Positions 1 to 8,300 of a stretch of 64,000 nt of DNA are shown here, piece after piece. Origin of the DNA: a virus. Position 1 is the first letter of the stretch; every line of letters starts with the position of its first letter. The notes beneath the pieces are model-generated. The model ran no database searches. It had not been told where the DNA came from and was given only the letters and a program-made list of their open reading frames with translations. The stretch lies in the IMG/VR virus record IMGVR_UViG_3300036818_000105, positions 32,001 to 96,000 of that record. The stretch is one strand, 5' to 3'. The position numbers were made by a program, and so were the translations under genes.

Positions 1-95
1 GTGCCGGCATTGCCGCTGACGACGTACGTCAGCGTGATCGTCTGACCCGAGGCGGGCGCGCTCGGGCTGACGGTGAGGGCGACGGTTACCGCCAT
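1..95 (-). CDS. Partial ORF running off the window (MAVTVALTVSPSAPASGQTITLTYVV...), beta-rich protein
   Basis: ATG at 95 on the minus strand, preceded by GGGAGAA; open to position 1. Confidence 0.6.
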   Translation of the reverse strand, partial: MAVTVALTVSPSAPASGQTITLTYVVSGNAG

Positions 96-123
96 CTGAT
101 TCTCCCTGGTCCTGGTCTTCTGC

Positions 124-873
124 CTAGACGCCGAGCAGCGCGGGCCATGTCTGGGGCCCGACGGTGCCGTCGACGGTGATCTTCGCCGCCGCCTGCACGG
201 CCTTGACCGCGGCGAGGGTCGCGGGCCCGAACGACCCGTCGACCGTGACCGCGTGCCCCCGCTGGCCGCACTGGAACTGAGCGGTCCGGACGAAGGTCCC
301 GGTCGCTCCCTGCCTGAGCTCGGGAAGCTGCTGCATGAGGGTCTCCGTCCAGGCTGGCGTGGGCGGTGCCGCCGGGGCGCCGAAGAAGTTGCCAAGCAAG
401 AGCGACTGGTCGAGGACCCGCCCCATGGCGCTTGACGTCCACTGGGTTCCGTCCATGGCGACCGGCGTCATGCGGCACGACGACGGGCCGCAGACGTGCT
501 CGCCGGCCCCGTAGTGCGCCGACCAGAGGCGCACCGAGGGCCGCTCGATCCCGGAGCGGTCGAGGACGGGCAGTACCTGCGCCTCCATCGTGTACGCGCT
601 GGCGTAGACGACCGGCCTGGCAATGCCCCGTGCCACCTGCCGGGCGTGCCAGCCGGGGACGTCGGACGCGCTCGCCGCGCCGCTCTCGACGTCGAGGGCG
701 TCCGCGTTGCTGCCGGCGAGCAGGGCGATCGACAGGTGCTCCGCCTTCGGGAACGCCGCGACGACCCAGTCGTAGTTCGGCTGGTTGCCGACCGACCCGT
801 CGACGTAGGCGGCGTAGGCGGCGGCCCCGGCCGGGAACTGGCCGTTCAGCGCCGTGTCGTACATGGTGATCAC
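124..873 (-). CDS. Endolysin: GH25-like glycoside hydrolase plus C-terminal peptidoglycan-binding domain
   Basis: Motifs ADALDVESG, PVVYAS, LWSAHY and TQW; PG-binding repeats VDGSFGPATLAAVKAVQ and VDGTVGPQTW; GTG start overlaps the upstream stop. Confidence 0.85.
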   Translation of the reverse strand: MITMYDTALNGQFPAGAAAYAAYVDGSVGNQPNYDWVVAAFPKAEHLSIALLAGSNADALDVESGAASASDVPGWHARQVARGIARPVVYASAYTMEAQVLPVLDRSGIERPSVRLWSAHYGAGEHVCGPSSCRMTPVAMDGTQWTSSAMGRVLDQSLLLGNFFGAPAAPPTPAWTETLMQQLPELRQGATGTFVRTAQFQCGQRGHAVTVDGSFGPATLAAVKAVQAAAKITVDGTVGPQTWPALLGV

Positions 874-1190
874 GGCGCGTCCCCGCATCCCAGGTCCTGG
901 CGAAGCTGGTGGATCTCGGCGACGAGCGCGGCCGTGAACGTCCCCGAGGCGGGCTTCTTCGGCGCGGCGGCGTCCGCCCGGTCGAGGGTGACGACCAGGC
1001 CGCACCACTTGCCCTGCTCGGAGTTCACCTCGTGGGAGGTCCAGAGCAGGTTCCCGACCCCGGCGAGGGCGGCGATGAGGAACAGGACGACGACCGCCCG
1101 GCCCTGCAGCCGCGACAGCCCCCGTTCCCCGCGCTCTCCCTGCACGCCCCGGGGGCCGACGGGGAACCTCTCGCCAGCCTCGTTACTCAT
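870..1190 (-). CDS. Lysis-cassette membrane protein (one TM helix, short GxY collagen-like stretch)
   Basis: GPRGVQGERGERG followed by hydrophobic AVVVLFLIAALAGVG; adjacent to the lysin. Confidence 0.6.
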   Translation of the reverse strand: MSNEAGERFPVGPRGVQGERGERGLSRLQGRAVVVLFLIAALAGVGNLLWTSHEVNSEQGKWCGLVVTLDRADAAAPKKPASGTFTAALVAEIHQLRQDLGCGDAP

Positions 1191-1452
1191 GAGCGCCACC
1201 CTCCGAAGGCAAGGGCGGCGAGGACGGTGAGGGCGGCTCCTCCTGCGGGCGCGGTGAGTCCGACAATGACCCAGGCCCGGACAAGATGGTGGCGACGGCG
1301 GAGCGCGCGGCAGGTGCGATGCACCCAAGCGCGACGACGAGCAGGGCCGCGTTGGGGGACAAGGACTCCACTTGCTTCCAGATCACCCAGATACCGAACC
1401 CGGTGAGCCCCACGTCCCGTAGCAGCGGCCATGCTTTCTGGAGCCACCCCAC
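1183..1452 (-). CDS. Holin-like small membrane protein
   Basis: 89 aa, two hydrophobic segments, in the lysis cassette. Confidence 0.55.
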   Translation of the reverse strand: MGWLQKAWPLLRDVGLTGFGIWVIWKQVESLSPNAALLVVALGCIAPAARSAVATILSGPGSLSDSPRPQEEPPSPSSPPLPSEGGAHE

Positions 1453-1473
1453 GTCGCCTCGCTTCCCCGCTGA

Positions 1474-1725
1474 TCACGAACTTCCCGGAGGGGAACTCCC
1501 CGGCGGGCCGGCCCACTTCGCGCCTGTCATCGGGTCAGCGTGCGGGTCGAGGGTCTTCTCCGGCCGCGGGACGGTGCCCGGCCCGGCGCCGAGCAGTTCC
1601 AGCACGTCCGCGACTGGCACCTCGGCAGCGTCGGCCCGCTGGTAGCTCCGCATGATCGCGACGGCCCGGTCGAGCGCCTGCCGTGCCTCGTCGTCCTGCG
1701 CGGGCCGCTTCCGGCCCCGGATCAC
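1474..1725 (-). CDS. Hypothetical protein
   Basis: GTG start coupled to the stop of 1722..2066. Confidence 0.5.
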   Translation of the reverse strand: MIRGRKRPAQDDEARQALDRAVAIMRSYQRADAAEVPVADVLELLGAGPGTVPRPEKTLDPHADPMTGAKWAGPPGSSPPGSS

Positions 1726-2066
1726 AGAAGGGCCTTCGCGAAGCTCAGCATCGACCTGACGGCGGGGCTTTCCACGACAGCGAGGACCGCGTTGAAGTCG
1801 GGGACGTGCGCGGTGAGCATTCCCCGCAGGGTCTCCGCCTGGGGGGCGGTGACGGTGAGCGTGGAGCCCTCCGGCGGGTTGGAGGCGAGGGACTTGAGGA
1901 AGTCGGCTGCCTCGCTGATCTCGGGGGCCACGTCCTTCGAGAACCACGACTCCGCCCGGGTGAGGGCCGGAATGTGGGCTGCGGCGAGCGCCTTGAGTCC
2001 TGCCGTCTCCGCCTGGCTGATCGTGATGCTCGCGCCGCCGTCGGGGGTCGCGGTGATGTCGGCCAT
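1722..2066 (-). CDS. Hypothetical protein with an internal duplication (SITISQAET / TLTVTAPQAET)
   Basis: AAGGAG RBS; GC3-rich codons. Confidence 0.7.
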   Translation of the reverse strand: MADITATPDGGASITISQAETAGLKALAAAHIPALTRAESWFSKDVAPEISEAADFLKSLASNPPEGSTLTVTAPQAETLRGMLTAHVPDFNAVLAVVESPAVRSMLSFAKALL

Positions 2067-2116
2067 GGGCAGGCTCCTTGTGGGGCGCGCGGGGAAGGCG
2101 GGTTGTCTTGGGCATC

Positions 2117-2163
2117 AGCCTAATCCCGTGCACGTGCTAATGCACGCGACGTCTGCACGTGCG
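2117..2163 (-). promoter_or_regulatory. Late-promoter-like motif, copy 1 (points into the lysis cassette)
   Basis: Minus strand reads CGCACGTGCA-N7-CGTGCA-TT-AGCACGTGCA-N6-TAGGCT. Confidence 0.75.
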
Positions 2164-2203
2164 TTATGCCTGCCAGCCCTCGGCCGGCCTAGGATCGGGG
2201 AGC

Positions 2204-2504
2204 ATGGACACGGGCAAGCTGACGTGGGGACCCGGCTGGCTTGCCACCGTCCCGCAGGAGACGTGGACGCTCACGGGAACTTACGGGCCAGGGGCCGCAC
2301 CGCACTGCCGGGTCTTCTGGGGCTCCCACGGCTGCCAGCACCCGCGCGGCCACCCTCCGGAGGACCCGCACTCGTGCGACTGCTGCGAGTGCCCCGATGA
2401 GGCGTGCAAGCCCGTCCTGCGTGGCTAAGCCCCCGTACTACGGGCCGACGACGCACTTCTACGGCGAGGACGCGGAGGCGCTCGGCCTGCCGATGGTCAG
2501 CTAG
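2204..2504 (+). pseudogene. Cys/His-rich small protein, apparently split by a frameshift near 2400-2425
   Basis: MDTGKLTW...HSCDCCEC ends at 2428; an overlapping frame continues CVAKPPYYGPTTHFYGED to 2504. Confidence 0.4.
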
Positions 2505-2507
2505 CCG

Positions 2508-2768
2508 CTAGTGCGAGCAGTTCGACGTGCCCGCACCGAAGCCGGGGATGCCGTGCGCCGTCCACGCCGGCTCAGCCGGCGGTGCCACTGTCCCCTCCGG
2601 CGCGTACTCAGCCTGCCCGCCGGCGACTAGGCCGGGGGCCTCGCGGGAACTGGCCCAGAACGCCTCGCCGACGGACACGTTCGCTAGCCTCCCGGACCAA
2701 GCGCTCTGGACCATCGGCTGGAGGGCCAGCAAAAGGATCGGCTGGTTTGGCGGAAGCGGAAACCCCAC
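2508..2768 (-). CDS. Hypothetical protein
   Basis: Starts MGFPL like its neighbour; ends GFGAGTSN. Confidence 0.65.
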   Translation of the reverse strand: MGFPLPPNQPILLLALQPMVQSAWSGRLANVSVGEAFWASSREAPGLVAGGQAEYAPEGTVAPPAEPAWTAHGIPGFGAGTSNCSH

Positions 2769-2772
2769 CTGA

Positions 2773-3090
2773 TCAGGCTACTTCCCCGGGCGCACCGAGG
2801 ACGGTAACGAAGCCGCCCCCCGCGTCCGCGACGACCTGCCAGCCCGCGTCCCGCAGGACGCCCGTATAGCGCTCCAGCGCGGCGTCCGTCGTCGACTGAA
2901 GGGTCTCGCCAGGCCCCGTGGACATGTTCACGCGGGTGACACGGACCTCTCCCGATTCCTGCCACGCGCGCCAGCCGGAGGCGATGACCTCGCCGCCCAC
3001 CGTGACCGCCTCCAGGTACCGCGCCTTTTGCATGGCACCCGACACGGCCTCAACGGTCGGAGGGTTCGTGTCGGTCAGTGGAAATCCCAT
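2773..3090 (-). CDS. Hypothetical protein
   Basis: Starts MGFPL; GC3-rich. Confidence 0.65.
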   Translation of the reverse strand: MGFPLTDTNPPTVEAVSGAMQKARYLEAVTVGGEVIASGWRAWQESGEVRVTRVNMSTGPGETLQSTTDAALERYTGVLRDAGWQVVADAGGGFVTVLGAPGEVA

Positions 3091-3106
3091 GATCCAACGC
3101 TAACCC

Positions 3107-3394
3107 TCAGATCAGGCGACCGCACCTCGTGCAGAATGAGCCGGGCGGGATGCGGTGCTCGCACGGGGCCTCGCTGGCGGGCTCGGCCGCGCCCGTGCCG
3201 ACGTCCGTGTGCGCCGTGCTGGCCACGGGCTGGCCATCCCGGTCAAAGCGGCTGAGTTCAGCATCAATGGCGCCCTCGACCCAGACTGACCGGGGCGTCT
3301 CGCCGCGCGCCTTGTCGATCGCTTCCGCCTTCGGCTCGCTTACGCGGACCGGGATGACAACTCGCTTGCCCTCAGGGGTCCGTTCTCTCGCCAT
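3107..3394 (-). CDS. Ribbon-helix-helix-like DNA-binding protein with C-terminal Cys/His motif
   Basis: VVIPVRVSEPKAEAIDKARGETPRSVWVEGAI fits the RHH pattern; divergent from tnpB. Confidence 0.65.
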   Translation of the reverse strand: MARERTPEGKRVVIPVRVSEPKAEAIDKARGETPRSVWVEGAIDAELSRFDRDGQPVASTAHTDVGTGAAEPASEAPCEHRIPPGSFCTRCGRLI

Positions 3395-3400
3395 GGAAGG

Positions 3401-3416
3401 AGTATACGCGTATACT
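3401..3416. promoter_or_regulatory. Perfect 16-bp palindrome forming back-to-back -10 boxes for two leaderless genes
   Basis: AGTATACGCGTATACT; TATACT lies 6 nt before GTG 3423 on + and 6 nt before ATG 3394 on -. Confidence 0.75.
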
Positions 3417-3422
3417 GATTGA

Positions 3423-4685
3423 GTGACTATACGGAACCGGCTATACCCCGACGCACGGGCGGAAGCGATCATGCGCGACCTGCACTGTGCGCAAGCCCGG
3501 TACGTGTGGAACCTCTGCGTCGAGCAGGAATCCTGGTGGCGGCGGGACCGCGGGAAGATGCCAACCTGGGTAGAGCGATGCCGCCAGTTGGCTGAGGCGC
3601 GGACTGAGTTTGAGTGGCTTCGCGCGGGCAGTAATGCAGTCCAGCAGCAGGCCATCAGGGACTTCGGACGGGCGATGACCGCCTTCCTTGATCCGAAGAA
3701 CCCGGCTAGAGAGCCAACGTTCCGGAAGGCGGTCCGCGATGAAGGATTTCGCATCGTCGGGGAGCGATCGGGACCGCACGTTTCCTGGGGCCTTCGGCGC
3801 CTGAACCGCAATTGGGGCGAGGTCCGCATCCCGAAGGTCGGCTGGGTCCGCTTCCGCTGGTCTAGGCCAGTTCCGGGAGATGTGAAGTCCTTCCGGGTCA
3901 CCCTTGACCGCGCAGGCCGATGGCACGTCTCGTTTCCGTCTCCGCAGGGCGCCGTCGGCCGTCGGCCGACCGGGGCGGCCGTCGGCATTGACCGGGGCGT
4001 CCGAACTGCCCTGGTCACCTCAGAAGGCCAGCATTTCCGAGTGCCCAGAATTGGCGACCGTGCTGCAGGGCGGTACGTCGCCCTGCAGCGGCGCATGTCC
4101 CGCCAGCAGAAGGGCTCGCGCAAGAGGGAGAAAACCCGGCTGGCAATGGCCCGGATCGCGGTAAGGGTTGCCGACCGGCGCAAGGACTGGGCAGAGAAGG
4201 TCTCCACGCGACTTGTTAGCGACTACGACCTGATCGTGTTCGAAAAGCTGAACGTGGTCCGCATGACTCGCAAGTCTGCACCCAAGTCCGATCCTGATCA
4301 GGTCGGTGCATTCCTTCCCAACAAGGCCCGCGCGAAGGCTGGGCTGAACCGAGGCATCCTCGCGGCATGCTGGGGCATTCTGGCCGCCCGTGCCGAGGAG
4401 AAGGCTGTCGCATCAGGCGTGAGTGTCATCTACGTCAACCCGAGATTCACCTCGCAGCAGTGCCATGCGTGCGGCCACGTGAGCCGGAAGAACCGCGAGA
4501 GCCAAGCGGTATTCCGGTGTGAGTCCTGTGGCCACCATGATCATGCTGACGCGAACGCTGCGAAGAACGTACTTGCCCGGGGGCTAGGCACAATGGCGGT
4601 CCCTGCGCACGCCCCGGGTCACGGGGTGCAACGCCCGCATAAGTCCGCGAGAGCGGCGGCGGGAACCACCCGGAGTGCGACATAA
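3423..4685 (+). CDS. tnpB: RNA-guided endonuclease TnpB (IS200/IS605 family), copy 1
   Basis: ARYVWN N-terminus; RuvC motifs GIDRG, VFEKL, HADANAAKN; zinc finger CHAC...CESC. Confidence 0.93.
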   Translation: MTIRNRLYPDARAEAIMRDLHCAQARYVWNLCVEQESWWRRDRGKMPTWVERCRQLAEARTEFEWLRAGSNAVQQQAIRDFGRAMTAFLDPKNPAREPTFRKAVRDEGFRIVGERSGPHVSWGLRRLNRNWGEVRIPKVGWVRFRWSRPVPGDVKSFRVTLDRAGRWHVSFPSPQGAVGRRPTGAAVGIDRGVRTALVTSEGQHFRVPRIGDRAAGRYVALQRRMSRQQKGSRKREKTRLAMARIAVRVADRRKDWAEKVSTRLVSDYDLIVFEKLNVVRMTRKSAPKSDPDQVGAFLPNKARAKAGLNRGILAACWGILAARAEEKAVASGVSVIYVNPRFTSQQCHACGHVSRKNRESQAVFRCESCGHHDHADANAAKNVLARGLGTMAVPAHAPGHGVQRPHKSARAAAGTTRSAT

Positions 4686-4745
4686 GCACTCCGGGAAATC
4701 CCCGTCCATCAAGTCGGGGAGGATGTCAAATCCAGTACTTCGCGT
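4600..4745 (+). ncRNA. omegaRNA of tnpB #1: scaffold, right end and guide (5' boundary approximate)
   Basis: Stem CCCGGAGTGC/GCACTCCGGG; right end ATCCCC...GGGGAGGATGTCAA ending at 4729; guide from 4730. Confidence 0.75.
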
Positions 4746-4775
4746 GGCAGTGCCCGAGGTGACAGGAGGATCGCC

Positions 4776-5360
4776 ATGAGCAACCCAGACATTCAGTATT
4801 TCGGCAGTTCCGGCACGTGGGTAAAGCCCCCGAACGCCGTCCGCGTTGACGTGGTGCTCAAGGGCGGCGACGGCGCCGCCCCCGGCACCGTGCCGGGCGG
4901 AGGCGGCGACCCGCTCTCGGGCCCTGCGTTTACAGGCACCGGAACCCTTAACGGCAGCACGGGCGGTGGGGGCGGCGGCGGTACGGCCGTGTATCCCGCT
5001 GCCCGGGGAGGCTCCGGGCCGCGCGTCAGCGTGGTCTGCAGCCCGAGCCCGGCCGCGTCTCCCGTAGGAATCCTAGGCTCGCTGAGCGTGGATTCTTACG
5101 ACGCCGATGACTTTCCCGCCGAGCTTCACGTCGAGGTCGGCAAGGGCGGCAGGCCCGGAGGCCGGGACGGGTACGCGCTGATCGTCACTCACCTGGCCTC
5201 GCCTAGCCTGCCGTCAGTTCCGCCGCATGACCTGATGCTTCACGCCCACTCCCGCGACCACCCGGACGACGGGGAGCCGCACGAGCACCTTCACGCCGGG
5301 CCCGGTCACATGGGACTTGAGCACGTCCACCCGCACCGGCATGCCTCGGGAGAGCAGTGA
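4776..5360 (+). CDS. Glycine-rich domain protein with a His-rich tail
   Basis: QYFGSSGTWVKPPNAVRVDVVLKGGDG resembles the Gly-rich module of tail proteins; AGGAGG RBS. Confidence 0.65.
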   Translation: MSNPDIQYFGSSGTWVKPPNAVRVDVVLKGGDGAAPGTVPGGGGDPLSGPAFTGTGTLNGSTGGGGGGGTAVYPAARGGSGPRVSVVCSPSPAASPVGILGSLSVDSYDADDFPAELHVEVGKGGRPGGRDGYALIVTHLASPSLPSVPPHDLMLHAHSRDHPDDGEPHEHLHAGPGHMGLEHVHPHRHASGEQ

Positions 5361-8300
5361 TGAATGACGTCACTAACCAGATCACGGCTCACCTGATGGA
5401 CGCCGCCAAGCTGGCGATCGAGGCAGGCGGCAACTACACCGGGAAGTACGCGATCATCGCCCAGGCGACGGTTGACTCTGACGGGTCGATCATTCTCACC
5501 TGGGAGCGGTACGGCCCGAACGGGATGGACAGCGGAGGCGGCCAGGGATGAGCACGGAGCACCAGATCACCAAGCGCGCCGCTGACGGCACCCTGACCAT
5601 CGCCGAGCTGCGGGAGTTCATTGACGAGTTCGAGAAGGCCGCCGACGCGGCGTTCGCGTCACCAGCCGACGGGACGGCAGCGATCCCAGACTGGTGGGGG
5701 CTCAAGCCGAAGGCCCGGATAGCGTTCGGCGGCGGGATCAAGTCGATAAGCGTCACCATCCCCGGAGAGGCGGAGTAGCGGTGAGCGCAGGCCTTTACCT
5801 TGGATTGGTCGGCATGGTCATCTGCGCTGTCGCGGCGGCCGGAAGCGCATGGGGGGCGGTACGGGAGATCCGGGGTTGCCCGGGCGGGGCGGCGCTGATT
5901 GCCGCCTGCCTGGCGCTTGCAGTAGTCGGGGTCGCAGCCGTGGTCTCGGGCATGCTCGTGGCGATGGGAGAGGTGCGATGAGTGTCACCATCCCCGGAGG
6001 GGGCGATAAGCAGTGAGCGACGTTCAGGACCGCATCGAGCGGACGCGCGCCGTCCGCCGCACCACTGTTCTCGTTGTCGCCCTGAGTGCCGTTGCCCTCG
6101 TCGTGAACCTCACGGAGGGATCGGCCGGGGTAGCGGCGGTGGCGGCGGTTGCGATCACCTTCCTCCTGGTGCTGATGGCCATCCAGACGCGCCAGATCGG
6201 GGCCTTGCGGCGGCGGGAGCGGGAGCTTAACCGCCCGCGCATGACCCCCGGGGACTACCGGCGGCTACGGGAGATGGAGACCGAGCTCGGCTGGGAGCCG
6301 AGCGAGCCGCCCCCCGGGGCTGAACTTCCGCCGGCGGCCGTCCCGGGGCGGATAACCGCCGTGGCGGGGCCGCTGCCGGGGGTGGCTGCCCTGTGCGGCT
6401 CCGGCAGCCTGTCCGCCCCGATGACGGGACCGGGCGGTCGCTGGCGCCCGCTCAGTGAACTGCCCAAGGCCAAGGCGGCCGAGCACTTCGCGCAACTGGC
6501 CAGGGTAGGCCGGGAGTCCTGCATCTCGTACTGTCCGGTCTGCGAGCGGCGAGGCCGGGACCAGGCAACGGCCGAGGGCATCCCGGCCGCGCCGCCGGTC
6601 GAGAAGATGTGCCGGGAGCTTGAGGACCAGCGGCGGCTTGAGGAAGATCGGTGGGAGCAGCAATGAGGATCGGCTGGCATGTTCACCTGCTCGGCCCCCT
6701 CGACCTGGGCGGCACCGTGTGGCGGTCGAAGCCGCGCCGTAAGCGGCGGCAGGTGTACCACGGGACACTGACAGGCTGGCGTTGCCAGCACAACCACAGC
6801 CGGATGGACCTCGCGGTTGAGTGCGCCCGGCGCGAGGCACGGAGGAGGGCGCGGTGAGCGAGTGGTGGTACCCGACCAGGGACCTGCACGCTCTGCTGCG
6901 GGACGCACCCGACGATGCCCTGGTCGCCGGCTGGGACAAGGATTTTACCGACAGCGAGCACATGGCCTACGCGCCGGACCTTGACGGCCTGCGGAAGCTC
7001 GCGGCGGAACTCAACATCTCCTGCCAGGGTGACATCAACCCGGATTACCTGGAAAGCCAGGTGCTCCACGAGCACGAGCACGCCGAGGCGGCGCAGGCGG
7101 CCGGGTTCGCGAAGGTCCGCTACGGGCTGTATGCCCGGCGCGAGCGGGAAGGTTTGCCCGGCGGCGGTTACAGCGTCACAACGCACTGGCAGACGAGGAT
7201 CGAGCACGCTGCCCCGTCGGGGCCGGTGACGAAACTGGCTTACGCGGGGATCCTGATCGCTCCCTGCCGCCTGTCGCCGAGTGACGAGAAGGGGCTGCGG
7301 GTGATGGGCTACCGGGACGCGGAAGACGTACGAGAGCGCCTGAGCAGACTCAAGGGAGCACGGCGATGAGCGAGAGTAACTACGGGCAGGTCACTGGCCA
7401 TGCGGTGACCGGCGGCGTCACGATCGGTGAAGGCACCGAACTGGGCACGGCGTACCTCGGCGTACCCCCGCACGACATGATGAGCGAGGAAGACTGCCTC
7501 CGGTACGGCGGCCACTGCTTCGAGGGCACCGGCGAGGTGAAGGCATCGATCCCGCCGCAGTACGTGCAGAAGTGCAGGCACTGCGGCAAGGGGCGGGTGG
7601 CCGTACCGCGTGAGCCGTTCGAGTACCGGGACTGGCCGCTGAAGGGAGCGGGGCAGTGAGGGTCCTCATCGAGAAGGACGTCGAGCTGTACCCGGAGACG
7701 GTGCTGCTGTTCGGGGACAGTGAGATCGTGTTCCCGTCGGTGCCGAGGAACTGGGAGAAGAAAGCAGGCACCGAGGTGCCTGATGACGTGGCCGCACGGT
7801 GGAAGACTGCCCGTGACGCGTGGCGGCGCGCGCAGCAGGAGGCAGAGGCATGGCCCGCTCCCGTGAGCGAGGAGGCACCGTGACCGTTCAGCGGTACCGG
7901 CGCAAGCCGGTGCAGGAAGACCGTGAGGACCAGTTCGCGGCCCGGTATGAACCGGGAAGGCCGCTCGACGACCTCGCCGAGGTCGCGCGCATGGCTGACG
8001 GCGACGCCGTGCTCACAGAAGTCAGCTACCGCAGCGGTCTCTTTCGTAACCTCGCGGGACCGTACCTGGTCGTGCTGTACTCGCGCGTTCCCGACGAGCA
8101 CGCGGCCGAGGTGACCGCTCAGCTGGTGAAGCCGGGCGATTACCTCGCCTACAGCTCCGGAAACGAGTTCCTGTACGAGTCAGACGAGGCCGGCTGGCGG
8201 CAGTTCTACGACCTGGTGACCGGAGAGGACGGCGGCCGGTGAAGCCGGTAATGATCCACGCGGACGGCACCGACTGCCTCCATGAGGGGACGGCGCAGGC

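Noticed and set aside
3395-4729. Complete autonomous IS200/IS605 or IS607 element
   Set aside because: No Y1 or serine transposase in the window and no space for a left end before either tnpB
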